Source: Candidatus Poribacteria bacterium
GTDB taxonomy: Bacteria; Poribacteria; WGA-4E; WGA-3G
Assembly (NCBI GenBank): GCA_965198235.1
Contig: OZ240248.1
Span: 1,120,001 to 1,184,000, forward strand
DNA: 64,000 nt
Reading direction: 5' to 3'
Under the pieces are notes generated by a model. That model did no database searches, was not told the DNA's origin, and saw only the letters and a program-made list of their open reading frames with translations. A program made the position numbers and the translations under genes. Position 1 is the first letter of the stretch. Every line of letters begins with the position of its first letter. Positions 38,177 through 47,805 of this stretch are shown here, piece after piece.

Positions 38177-39889
38177 ATGAGAAACAGAAATGTGATTTCC
38201 CTCCTGATGCTGATTTTGGTGATGCTGTGTGCTGTTATGTTAGCGCACGCACAGAACGCTCCAGAAGCTTCTGAGAAAGGGAAAAAGGTATATGAGCAGA
38301 GTTGTGCACATTGCCACGGTACTGAAGGGAGAGGCGATGGTTCCGCCGCTGAGAATCTCCTTCCAAAACCGAGGGACTTCACACGCGGCTTGTATAAGAT
38401 TCGTTCTACAGAGAGTGGTCAACTCCCGACGGATCAAGATCTCTTTGACATTATTACCATAGGGATGCCCGGATCGTCAATGCCAGAGTGGGAAACTGCC
38501 CTAAGTGCCGATGAGCGCTGGGAAGTGGCGGCATATATCAAGACCTTCTACGATGAGTTTAAAGAGAGTGAAACACCACCACGGGAAATTAGTCTGGAAG
38601 ATAAAATTTCTTACTCTGAACAGAGCGTAGAGACCGGAAAGGGGCTTTATACTGAACTCGGTTGTATTGAATGCCACGGTAACGTTGGACGAGGTGACGG
38701 CACGTCCGCCCCTACACTGACGGATGAATGGGGCTTCCAGACATGGCCCGCAAATCTAACCCAAAGTTGGAATTTCCGAGGGGGTGCTGACACCGAAGAC
38801 ATTTTCAAACGATTCATCGGCGGGATCGCCGGTTCACCTATGCCCGCATTTGAAGGGGATAGTTTCCTGCATTTCGGATTGACAGTCGAAGAATCCAAAC
38901 GCCTCACCGAATTGGAAAACAAAGACGAAATGACGGAAGCAGAGGAAGAGGAATCCGGACAGTTTTACGAAAAAATGGATGCCGCTGTTGACTTTGCGCT
39001 CAATCGCACAGAAGGCATAGAGTTGACTGCAGCTGAGCAGCAGACGTATGATGACGCGATGAAGATCGTCTATGAAAAAAGTTGGCATTTGGCGAACTAC
39101 GTTAAATCGCTCGCGCCTGAAAAACGTCCCGAACCCGCGATTGGAAATAACGCTCTTCGCTCACAATACGTTCAAGGTGAGTTACCGTCAATGGACGATA
39201 CCGCGTGGGAAACGCTGCAAGCTGGGCACTTCCCGCTTGTTGGTCAGGTAGTCATCGAACCTCGACAGTTTAACCCAACAATTGACGCTGTGGACATCAA
39301 ATCGTTTTACAATGATACGGAGGTCGCGTTTATTTTCACGTGGGATGATCGGACACACACGACTGGCGACGAAGCCGACGAGACGACAGGGAAGCCCCTT
39401 GAGGACGCGTTGGCGATTCAATTTCCGGTGAAGGTGCCACAAGGTCCGACCGCGCCGAAACCTTATTTCTTGTGGGGCGGTAGGCTACCGGTCTATCTGT
39501 GGCAGTGGAAAGCTTCTGTACCTGAGCAGGTAACCGAGCTCACCGCTAAGGGGATCAGCAATGCCGAAGTTCAGGAAGCACAAGGCGAACTACAAATACA
39601 AGCCATCTACACGGAGGGGCAATACAAATTGTGGGTGAAACGTGCCTTGAAGACCGATGACAAGAAAGACTTACAACTTGAACCTGGTGTTTTTGTGCCG
39701 ATTGCCTTCTCCGCATGGGATGGCGCGAACGGCGATCTTGACACAAAACGGGCCATGTCCAGTTGGTATACTTTCGTACTTGAACCCATTCCGTCTTCAA
39801 GACGGTTCGTTTATCCGCCTTTGATTGCGGTTCTCTCTCTCGGTTTGCTCTTCGGTTTACGGGCAGTCGTACAGCGGAGAAATGCATAA
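38177..39889 (+). CDS. Diheme cytochrome c fused to an ethylbenzene-dehydrogenase-gamma-like heme-binding domain
   Basis: CAHCH, CIECH, PRDFT; DALAIQFP, KPYFLWG, W.W, IAFSAWDG; C-terminal TM. Confidence 0.82.
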   Translation: MRNRNVISLLMLILVMLCAVMLAHAQNAPEASEKGKKVYEQSCAHCHGTEGRGDGSAAENLLPKPRDFTRGLYKIRSTESGQLPTDQDLFDIITIGMPGSSMPEWETALSADERWEVAAYIKTFYDEFKESETPPREISLEDKISYSEQSVETGKGLYTELGCIECHGNVGRGDGTSAPTLTDEWGFQTWPANLTQSWNFRGGADTEDIFKRFIGGIAGSPMPAFEGDSFLHFGLTVEESKRLTELENKDEMTEAEEEESGQFYEKMDAAVDFALNRTEGIELTAAEQQTYDDAMKIVYEKSWHLANYVKSLAPEKRPEPAIGNNALRSQYVQGELPSMDDTAWETLQAGHFPLVGQVVIEPRQFNPTIDAVDIKSFYNDTEVAFIFTWDDRTHTTGDEADETTGKPLEDALAIQFPVKVPQGPTAPKPYFLWGGRLPVYLWQWKASVPEQVTELTAKGISNAEVQEAQGELQIQAIYTEGQYKLWVKRALKTDDKKDLQLEPGVFVPIAFSAWDGANGDLDTKRAMSSWYTFVLEPIPSSRRFVYPPLIAVLSLGLLFGLRAVVQRRNA

Positions 39890-39896
39890 GAATAAC

Positions 39897-40022
39897 TATG
39901 GTAAAACCCACAATTATTTGGGCACGTGGGAGGGGTTTGCAACCCCGATTGGGGTCGGGCTTACAAAGCCCTCCTACAAAGACGACCGGAGAAGTGTCTA
40001 CTTATTTCTAGGGTTTACCATA
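39897..40022. mobile_element. MITE-like shell (TATRGTAAA TIR) containing an inverted REP doublet
   Basis: TATGGTAAAACCC...GGGTTTACCATA; internal GTGGGAGGGGTTTGCAACCCCGAT and GTCGGGCTTACAAAGCCCTCCTAC. Confidence 0.65.
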
Positions 40023-40159
40023 ATAACGAATAATCAATCCTCAGTTATCAGTTCCAGGATAAGAGGTACTTTAACTTTAACCATCAACTCGTCTACAGAT
40101 ATTTGTGCTAAAGCACGAGTTGATGGTTAAAACCGATAACTACTCATAAAGGAGAAAAA

Positions 40160-40942
40160 ATGAAAACCTATCTTTTGCCAAGTCTCGCTATACTTCTCGC
40201 GTGCTGTTATGTCAGTAGTGCTTTTGCGGCTGATAGCGATGCAGGCGAAATGGAAATGTTAGTATTTCCGGATTCCTATGCTGCTGGGAGCGTTAGCGGT
40301 GGCGGCACAATTAGCGGCGTAGTGACGTTTGAAGGCGACGTGCCTGAGATGAAAATGCTGGAAATCACCAAAGACCAGGCGATCTGTGGTGCTACCGAAA
40401 AGTATGATGAATCGGTTGTCGTCAGTGAAGGCAACGCTTTAAAAAATACGATTGTCTACCTAATCGACATTTCAAAAGGCAAAAATTTTGACAAAACAGC
40501 CAAACCCGAAATCGACCAAAAGGGCTGCAATTTTAATCCGCATGTTCAAGTTATCCCAGTCGGTACCCGGTTAACAATGCTCAATAACGATAAAGTTAAT
40601 CACAACGTTCATATCTTCAGCAGTATCAATAAACCGGTTAACAAGCAGCAGACGAAAAACCGTAAGAAAATGCGGCTTGCTGGTATGAAGAAAGCGGAGG
40701 GTCCCGTCCCCGTCAAATGTGACATTCACGGATGGATGTCCGCTTGGATCGCTTACGTACCGCATCCGTATTTTGCTGTGACGAATGAAAAGGGTGAATT
40801 CACACTTGAAGATGTGCCCGCAGGCACCTATAAACTCGGTTATTGGCATGAGGCATGTGGAACGAATAGCGGTTCTCCCGCTTCTGTTACCATAGAAGCT
40901 GGCGGCACCGTCACACAGGATTTCACGCTAAAACTTAAGTAG
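40160..40942 (+). CDS. Second cupredoxin-like/carboxypeptidase-regulatory-domain protein
   Basis: DQKGC..PHV, HNVH, CDIHGWM; paralog of 32766-33515. Confidence 0.8.
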   Translation: MKTYLLPSLAILLACCYVSSAFAADSDAGEMEMLVFPDSYAAGSVSGGGTISGVVTFEGDVPEMKMLEITKDQAICGATEKYDESVVVSEGNALKNTIVYLIDISKGKNFDKTAKPEIDQKGCNFNPHVQVIPVGTRLTMLNNDKVNHNVHIFSSINKPVNKQQTKNRKKMRLAGMKKAEGPVPVKCDIHGWMSAWIAYVPHPYFAVTNEKGEFTLEDVPAGTYKLGYWHEACGTNSGSPASVTIEAGGTVTQDFTLKLK

Positions 40943-41084
40943 CAGTCGGTAGTCAGCATGCTTCGCAGTGAGAACTATCAGTAGGGCACCTTGTGCCAGG
41001 CATGTTTGCGATAACCGCCACAAATACCTGATGGTTCCCGAAAGCCGATGGCTGATAGCCAATACGCATACACGGTTACCTTGA

Positions 41085-42056
41085 ATGCAACAGCATCTCT
41101 TTGCTGATAGCCGAAAGCCGATGGCTGATGGCCAATACGCCGACAGCCGAATTGAGGTAGAAAATCTTTCGCATTCATATCAGACACGACGCGCGCTTGA
41201 CAATGTCAGTTTTAGCGTCTCATGCGGCGAGATTTTCGGGCTTCTGGGACCGAACGGGAGTGGGAAAACAACCCTTTTTAAGATTCTGTCCACACTGATG
41301 CCGATAACGTCCGGCACTGTTCGTATCCTCGGATATGACTTGACCGCTGAGGTGAAGGCGGTTCGGGATCTCTTAGGTGTTGTTTTTCAACACCCAGGAC
41401 TGGATGGCAAGCTCACCGTCGTCGAAAATTTACGGCACCATGGGCACCTCTATGGACTTGCTGGCAAAACGCTGCGTCACCGAATTTCGGAACTCCTCGA
41501 ATGTTTTGGCATCACGGACAGGGCGACGGAACGTGTTGAACGCCTATCCGGCGGTTTACAAAGGCGGGTTGAAATCGCAAAAGCTTTGCTCCATTCTCCT
41601 CGCGTTCTACTCCTTGACGAACCAACGAGTGGGTTGGATGTAGTTGTACGCCGGCAACTCAATGACTATCTCGGTGCACTCGCGGACACAGAAAATATCC
41701 TCGTTCTGCTTACGACGCATCTGTTAGAGGATGCTGAGGCGTGCAACAGGGTAGGTATTCTGGATTCAGGCAAGTTGGTCGCTCTCGGAGTACCTGATGA
41801 ACTCAAGGCACAAGTCGGTGGTGATGTTATTATCATAGAAAGTGGAAATCGTGAAACACTTTCTGGGGCTATTGCTAAGAGATTCGGCGTTTCGCCGGTG
41901 TTGACTGGTAATCAGCTTCGTGTTGAATGTGAGCGGGGACATGAGTTCGTCCGGAACGTGGTTGCCGCGTTTCCAGATGAGATTCAATCGGTTCGATTTG
42001 GGAGACCGACACTGGAGGACGTATTCATAAAATTGACAGGCAATCCATTCGTGTAG
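41085..42056 (+). CDS. ABC transporter ATP-binding protein (DrrA-like)
   Basis: GPNGSGKTT, LSGG, LLLDEPT, H-loop; start uncertain. Confidence 0.95.
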   Translation: MQQHLFADSRKPMADGQYADSRIEVENLSHSYQTRRALDNVSFSVSCGEIFGLLGPNGSGKTTLFKILSTLMPITSGTVRILGYDLTAEVKAVRDLLGVVFQHPGLDGKLTVVENLRHHGHLYGLAGKTLRHRISELLECFGITDRATERVERLSGGLQRRVEIAKALLHSPRVLLLDEPTSGLDVVVRRQLNDYLGALADTENILVLLTTHLLEDAEACNRVGILDSGKLVALGVPDELKAQVGGDVIIIESGNRETLSGAIAKRFGVSPVLTGNQLRVECERGHEFVRNVVAAFPDEIQSVRFGRPTLEDVFIKLTGNPFV

Positions 42057-42165
42057 AGGAAGGATAGGGAAAATTAAAAGAATCCAAAACTGCAAGCCCG
42101 TAACATTGTCCCGCAAGCCTCTATAGGCTTGCACTGGGAGGGCGGATCTACGGAGAGGTAGGTGT

Positions 42166-42978
42166 ATGCTTAACCCACCTCAACGAACCGCAAGGAAAAT
42201 TAAAAATCTGCTCCCGATTGCAACGATATGGTGGCGTGAAATCATCAGGTTTTATCGCCAGCGGAGTCGACTCTTCAGTGCTATCGCACAACCGTTAGTA
42301 TTTTGGTTACTCATCGGGAGCGGCTTGAGTGCCTCTTTTCGACCCTCTGGCACGGCGGATGGACCCAGTTATATCGAATACTTTTATCCCGGTATCGTTG
42401 TTTTAGTCTTGCTTTTTACGTCTATTTTTGCTACAATCTCTGTCGTCAATGACCGACGTGAAGGCTTTTTGCAAGGTGTACTCGTGGCTCCCCTGCCAAG
42501 GTGGCAGATTGTACTCGCACAAGCGTTAGGCGGCACTACGTTAGCACTCTTGCAAGGCGTGCTGATGCTGCTACTCGCACCGATAGTGAGTATTCGACTC
42601 GGCGCGGCATCACTTTTTCTCACATTTGGCGTGATGGCACTTTTAGCGTTCGGCTTGACAAATCTCGGACTGCTCATCGCATGGCGAATGGACTCAACGC
42701 AAGGGTTTCATGCGATTATGAATCTCCTGCTGATTCCGATATGGCTGCTCTCTGGCGCGTTTTTTCCGAGTACGGGCGTACCCAGTTGGTTAGAATGGAC
42801 AATGAAATTTAATCCGTTAACGTATGGGCTCGCCGCTTTTCGGCATAGCCTCTACCTTAACACAGGGGCAGCAGTTGGCGAGGGACCTCCGTGGACACTC
42901 TCGATGCTGATTACCGGTCTGTTTTGTGTTTTGACGTATGTAGGGGCAGCGCTCACCGCGTCTGCACAAGCAAATTAG
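42166..42978 (+). CDS. ABC-2 type permease
   Basis: DRREGFL..VLVAP, LSGAFFP, NPLTY. Confidence 0.93.
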   Translation: MLNPPQRTARKIKNLLPIATIWWREIIRFYRQRSRLFSAIAQPLVFWLLIGSGLSASFRPSGTADGPSYIEYFYPGIVVLVLLFTSIFATISVVNDRREGFLQGVLVAPLPRWQIVLAQALGGTTLALLQGVLMLLLAPIVSIRLGAASLFLTFGVMALLAFGLTNLGLLIAWRMDSTQGFHAIMNLLLIPIWLLSGAFFPSTGVPSWLEWTMKFNPLTYGLAAFRHSLYLNTGAAVGEGPPWTLSMLITGLFCVLTYVGAALTASAQAN

Positions 42979-43049
42979 ACTTGTTAAGAACAAAAATCTT
43001 ACGCGCTTTCACTTTTCAATAAGCGAGACGCGTTGTTAAGGAGGACTTG

Positions 43050-43715
43050 ATGCTTCAATGGCTTCCAGAGAACGTATCAACGTTCGGGCAAAGCGTTGAT
43101 AACCTCTTTTACGGTATTTACTATCTTACCCTTGTTGTGTTCATCCTTGTGATGGGAACCCTTATCGTTTTCCTGATTAAGTATCGCCATCAGGAAGGGA
43201 AGAGGGCACACTACATTGAGGGTAGCACAACAGTGGAAATTGTCTGGACCGCCGCGACAACGGTAATTGTCTTTGGGCTCGCGATGCTCAGTTACCCGCA
43301 GTGGAATAATATTAAGTCGCCCACACAATTTCCTGAAAATCCAGATGTTGTTGTCCAGGTCAGCGGGAAACAGTTTAACTGGGATATGACCTATCCCGGT
43401 CCCGATAACGAGTTCGGAACAGATGATGACCTGAAATTAGAAAATGAATTGCATGTGCCGATCAACGCGGTCGTGCATATCCGGTTAACCTCCGTGGATG
43501 TCATCCACAGTTTTTTTGTGCCACAGTTGCGACTCAAACAGGATAGCTTGCCCAACCGATTTATCAACGTCTGGTTTGAGGCAATAAAAGCAGGGCGTTA
43601 TGAAATTCCGTGCGCTGAACTGTGTGGATTTGGACACTCCGGAATGCTCGGGTACCTCAATGTGCATACGCAAGCGGACTACGATGCCTGGCTGCAAGAA
43701 AGATGGCCTCAGTAG
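43050..43715 (+). CDS. coxB: Cytochrome c oxidase subunit II
   Basis: EIVWT, DVIHSF, CAELCGFGHSGM (CuA). Confidence 0.96.
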   Translation: MLQWLPENVSTFGQSVDNLFYGIYYLTLVVFILVMGTLIVFLIKYRHQEGKRAHYIEGSTTVEIVWTAATTVIVFGLAMLSYPQWNNIKSPTQFPENPDVVVQVSGKQFNWDMTYPGPDNEFGTDDDLKLENELHVPINAVVHIRLTSVDVIHSFFVPQLRLKQDSLPNRFINVWFEAIKAGRYEIPCAELCGFGHSGMLGYLNVHTQADYDAWLQERWPQ

Positions 43716-43735
43716 GCTGAAGGAGAAAAATAACG

Positions 43736-45559
43736 ATGCACGATAACGAACATGCGTCACATCATCACGAAGAAAGTTTTATTAGAAAATACATCTTTTC
43801 GCTCGACCACAAGACGATCGGCAAGCAGTTCCTCATCTACGGACTAATCATGTTTTTCCTCGGTGGTGGGCTCGCACTCCTTTTCAGATGGCAACTCGCC
43901 TACCCTGAAAAGCCACTACCTCTTATCGGTGCCTCGCAACAATACCTTGATGAGGGTGAAGTCGTCACCGGTGCTGACAAAATGTGGGAGAAGATTTACG
44001 AATCTGAGCAAGAGGAGTGGCTTGAGGTAAACATGCCCAGCGGGGTCGTTGAACCCGCATTTTACAACATGCTGTTTACGATGCATGCCACCATTATGGT
44101 GTTCTTCGTCGTGGTTCCGATCTTGGTGGGTGCTTTCGGAAATTTCCTGATCCCGTTGATGATCGGTACACGGGATATGGCATTCCCTCTCCTCAATATG
44201 ATCTCCTTTTGGCTCGCAGTCCTCGCCGCAATTATCATGACAGTCGGGTTCTTTGTACCCGGCGGACACGCTGCAGCAGGATGGACAGGCTACGCACCCC
44301 TCTCCGCCGATCCGCAGTGGACAGGTGTTGACTGGGGACAAAACCTCTGGGCGATTAGTCTGCTCATTCAAGGGTTCTCCTCGCTGGTCGGATCTATTAA
44401 CTACATCACCACGATTATCAATATGCGCGCACCGGGGATGACGTTCTTCCGGTTACCCTTGGTCGTCTGGTCGCTTTTTGTCGTCGCTATCCTGTTGCTA
44501 CTCGCTTTCCCCGTGCTGTCGTCTGCGCTCGCGCTTCTCATCTTTGATAGGCTTGCGGGAACGACGTTCTTCAGTGCAACAGCGGAAGGCGGCGGTGACC
44601 CGCTCTTGTGGCAGCATCTCTTCTGGTTCTTCGGACATCCAGAGGTCTATATCCTCATTTTGCCGGGCATGGGTATCGCTTCCGAGTTGATTTCTGTCTT
44701 TTCACGGAAACCGATCTTCGGATACCGCTCCATGGTCTACGCAATCATCGCCATCGCGTTTTTGGGATGGATCGTCTGGGGACACCACATGTTCCAAAGT
44801 GGTATGCAGCCCGGACTCGGCTCTATCTTCATGACGACAACCATGCTTATTGCGGTGCCTTCAGCCATTAAGACATTTAACTGGCTTGGGACGATGTTCC
44901 GGGGGTCAATCCGGTTCACAACGCCGATGCTCCACGGTATCGCTTTCGTCTCAATGTTTGTGATTGGCGGGTTGAGCGGCATCTACATGGCAAATACACC
45001 GGTTGACATCTTCATCCACGATACATACTACATTGTCGCGCATATTCACTACATTGTGTTCGGCGGCAGTCTGTTTGCTATTTTCGGCGGCATCGTCTTC
45101 TGGTTCCCGAAGATGTACGGACGCTATATGAACGATGTTCTCTCCAAAATTCACTTTTGGTTGACGTTCATCGCGTTCAACTGTACCTTCTTCCCGATGC
45201 ATATTCTCGGCGTGGGTGGACACATGCGGCGCATCTCCAACCCGATGCAGTATGAATTCCTACAGGGGTTTGACGGCATGAACATCTTTATCACGATGAG
45301 TGCGTTCACTCTTGGATTCGCGCAGTTGATACTGGTCTTTAACTTCTTCTGGAGCATGTACCGTGGGAAAGTTGCCGAACAGAATCCGTGGCAGGTAAAC
45401 ACCTTGGAGTGGGAGGCACCTACACCCGTGCCACACGGTAATTTCGATCAAATTCCGACTGTCTACCGTGGTCCCTACGAATATAGTGTTCCCGGTGAAG
45501 AGAATGATTGGACCCCGCAGGCACAACCTGAACACGCGCCCGCGACAGGCGGTGACTAA
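43736..45559 (+). CDS. coxA: Cytochrome c oxidase subunit I, A1 type
   Basis: DMAFP, WFFGHPEVY, WGHH, PSAIK, AHIHY. Confidence 0.97.
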   Translation: MHDNEHASHHHEESFIRKYIFSLDHKTIGKQFLIYGLIMFFLGGGLALLFRWQLAYPEKPLPLIGASQQYLDEGEVVTGADKMWEKIYESEQEEWLEVNMPSGVVEPAFYNMLFTMHATIMVFFVVVPILVGAFGNFLIPLMIGTRDMAFPLLNMISFWLAVLAAIIMTVGFFVPGGHAAAGWTGYAPLSADPQWTGVDWGQNLWAISLLIQGFSSLVGSINYITTIINMRAPGMTFFRLPLVVWSLFVVAILLLLAFPVLSSALALLIFDRLAGTTFFSATAEGGGDPLLWQHLFWFFGHPEVYILILPGMGIASELISVFSRKPIFGYRSMVYAIIAIAFLGWIVWGHHMFQSGMQPGLGSIFMTTTMLIAVPSAIKTFNWLGTMFRGSIRFTTPMLHGIAFVSMFVIGGLSGIYMANTPVDIFIHDTYYIVAHIHYIVFGGSLFAIFGGIVFWFPKMYGRYMNDVLSKIHFWLTFIAFNCTFFPMHILGVGGHMRRISNPMQYEFLQGFDGMNIFITMSAFTLGFAQLILVFNFFWSMYRGKVAEQNPWQVNTLEWEAPTPVPHGNFDQIPTVYRGPYEYSVPGEENDWTPQAQPEHAPATGGD

Positions 45560-45593
45560 CGGAGCGATGGATGGAAGGATGCGCCTTTCCTTT

Positions 45594-45669
45594 ATCATCT
45601 TGTAGGAGGGGTTTGTAACCCCGATGTCATCATCATCTTGTAGGAGGGGTTTGTAACCCCGATGTCATC
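45594..45669 (+). repeat. Tandem 2 x 38-bp direct repeat, each unit holding a GTAG-REP
   Basis: ATCATCTTGTAGGAGGGGTTTGTAACCCCGATGTCATC occurs twice. Confidence 0.9.
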
Positions 45670-45715
45670 ATCTCCTCCTATCTTCCATTCTTTTTGTATT
45701 TCGTGGAAACTTGGC

Positions 45716-46714
45716 ATGAAGCAACACGTGAGTTATAACCCATGGCTACACAGAACGGCACGCCTCACCGCAGGCGCGACTTTCTTATTGATTGTCATTG
45801 GTGGAATTGTCACAAGTACCGAGTCCGGGTTGGCTGTTCCTGATTGGCCAACAACCTTTGGATACAATATGTTTCTCTATCCACTCTCGGAAATGGTAGG
45901 AGGCATCCTATACGAGCATAGTCATCGGCTCATGGGCTCTCTCGTTGGACTTTTGACAGTCGGTCTCTTTATTTTCCTTTTGGCGAGAGATTCCCGCAAA
46001 TGGCTGAAATGGCTTGGGTTCGCTGCTTTGGTCGCTGTTATTGTCCAAGGCGTTCTCGGTGGACTTCGGGTTACACAGATTAATCGCAACTTCGCGATAG
46101 TGCATGCGTGCCTCGCACAAGCGTTCTTTGCCCTGCTTTGTGGAATTGCTTGGTTCACCTCTCGCGATTGGCGGCAAGGCTTTTTTACAGCAAGTTTTGG
46201 CTTGCAAGCTACGCCAAAAAGTGAACCCGCAATCGCGGCAGCACAGAAACTACGGCGGTTAAGCCTGATTACGACATGCCTTATCTATGTGCAGCTCATC
46301 TTTGGCGCAATCCTGCGGCATACCGGAAGCAGACTTGACGCACATCTTCTCTTTGCCTTCCTTGTCGCGCTGCATATCTTTTTGTTGGTGAGACGTGTTC
46401 TTGGAACGAACCGTGACGCACAAAGAATTGGACAATCGATGCCTATGTTATTGTTGGGCTTGCTTGCTATTCAGTTGATGCTCGGCACTGGGGCGTTTTT
46501 CGCGAAGCTTACCGCCCTCGGAGAAACATTCGCAACCGCACTCACAGTCGCAATCACTACGGCGCATGTCGCAGTCGGTGCCTTCATGTTAGTGAGCAGT
46601 TTTGTGCTTACCCTGAAAATCTATCGGGTCACTGATGCATCGGTAGTTGTCGGTGCACCCGCAGGTGATGCCGGCACCTTCCCAGTAACGGGTGGGACCC
46701 GGGTTACAGAGTGA
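45716..46714 (+). CDS. ctaA: Heme A synthase (COX15/CtaA)
   Basis: GLAVPDWP, EHSHRL, QGVLGG, conserved His residues. Confidence 0.9.
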   Translation: MKQHVSYNPWLHRTARLTAGATFLLIVIGGIVTSTESGLAVPDWPTTFGYNMFLYPLSEMVGGILYEHSHRLMGSLVGLLTVGLFIFLLARDSRKWLKWLGFAALVAVIVQGVLGGLRVTQINRNFAIVHACLAQAFFALLCGIAWFTSRDWRQGFFTASFGLQATPKSEPAIAAAQKLRRLSLITTCLIYVQLIFGAILRHTGSRLDAHLLFAFLVALHIFLLVRRVLGTNRDAQRIGQSMPMLLLGLLAIQLMLGTGAFFAKLTALGETFATALTVAITTAHVAVGAFMLVSSFVLTLKIYRVTDASVVVGAPAGDAGTFPVTGGTRVTE

Positions 46715-46860
46715 GACAAACATAATGCGTTCAACAACGATAGCGTTACCAGGTAATACAGAATCTGTAAGACATCTTTCGTAACCCAGACCCAGTTGAC
46801 TTAATCGGAAACCACCGTGAAACATAGTGGAACGGTGACCAGATTTAATAGTTTAAAAAG

Positions 46861-47787
46861 ATGCGTTCAACAACGATAACGTTACCAGACAATACAGACA
46901 CAGCGAATCCACCGTCGAAGCAGACGGTTTTCGCGCATCGCGCCGCTGATTTTGTCGAACTCGTCAAACCGAGGTTGGTGGTGATGATACTCATTACGAC
47001 CGCCGCCGGTTTCTATCTCGGCGCACAGCAGACCGTAGATTGGCTCAGATGCCTACATACAGTCTTGGGCGCAGGATTAACCGCTGCAGGTGTCTTAGGG
47101 CTCAACCAATACCTTGAGCGCGATGTAGACGCACAGATGAAACGGACGCAGGAGAGACCGCTCCCTGGGGGTAGAATGAATCCACTGACGGCACTTCTTG
47201 TCGGTGCTGCCCTCACAGGCAGTGGAATGCTTTACCTGACGTTTATCGTCAATATGCTGAGTGGTTTTGTCATTTCGCTGATAGTCGTGAGTTATCTCTT
47301 TCTCTATACACCGCTGAAGCGGAAAACCTCACTGTGTACGCTGATCGGTGCAGTGCCGGGTGCGCTCCCGCCTGTCGTCGGATGGGTCGCAGCACGAGGC
47401 GCGCTAACAGGCGAGGCGTGGGTGTTATTTACAATACTCTTTTTGTGGCAGATCCCACACTCTCTTGCAATAGCCTACATCTATCGCGAAGACTACGCAA
47501 ATGCAGGATTCCGTTTGTTGCCGGTCATTCATCCCGATGGGACAAGTACGTGTCGGCAAATAGTGGTTAATTGCGTCGCACTCCTCGGAATAGGCTTGTT
47601 ACCCACGTTGTACAACATTGCGGGTAGCGTCTATTTCTTCACAGCACTGCTGTCAGGCGTGGCGTTTCTGGCAGTCGGTATCTATTTAGCGCGTACACGC
47701 TCCGTGAGAGCCGCACGCTATCTGTTGTATGCATCGCTTCTCTATCTACCGTTGGTATTTGTCACGATGGCGTTGGATAAAATTTAG
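46861..47787 (+). CDS. ctaB: Protoheme IX farnesyltransferase
   Basis: KPR, NQYLERDVDAQMKRT..RPLP, YTPLKR, WQIPH. Confidence 0.96.
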   Translation: MRSTTITLPDNTDTANPPSKQTVFAHRAADFVELVKPRLVVMILITTAAGFYLGAQQTVDWLRCLHTVLGAGLTAAGVLGLNQYLERDVDAQMKRTQERPLPGGRMNPLTALLVGAALTGSGMLYLTFIVNMLSGFVISLIVVSYLFLYTPLKRKTSLCTLIGAVPGALPPVVGWVAARGALTGEAWVLFTILFLWQIPHSLAIAYIYREDYANAGFRLLPVIHPDGTSTCRQIVVNCVALLGIGLLPTLYNIAGSVYFFTALLSGVAFLAVGIYLARTRSVRAARYLLYASLLYLPLVFVTMALDKI

Positions 47788-47805
47788 GTTAACGAGGAAG
47801 TAAAA

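Noticed and set aside
38177-39889. Nitrite oxidoreductase or ethylbenzene dehydrogenase
   Set aside because: Only a gamma-like heme domain is present; there is no molybdopterin or Fe-S beta subunit in the window.
45594-45669. CRISPR array
   Set aside because: Two adjacent identical units with no unique spacer and no cas genes; the unit is a dispersed REP.
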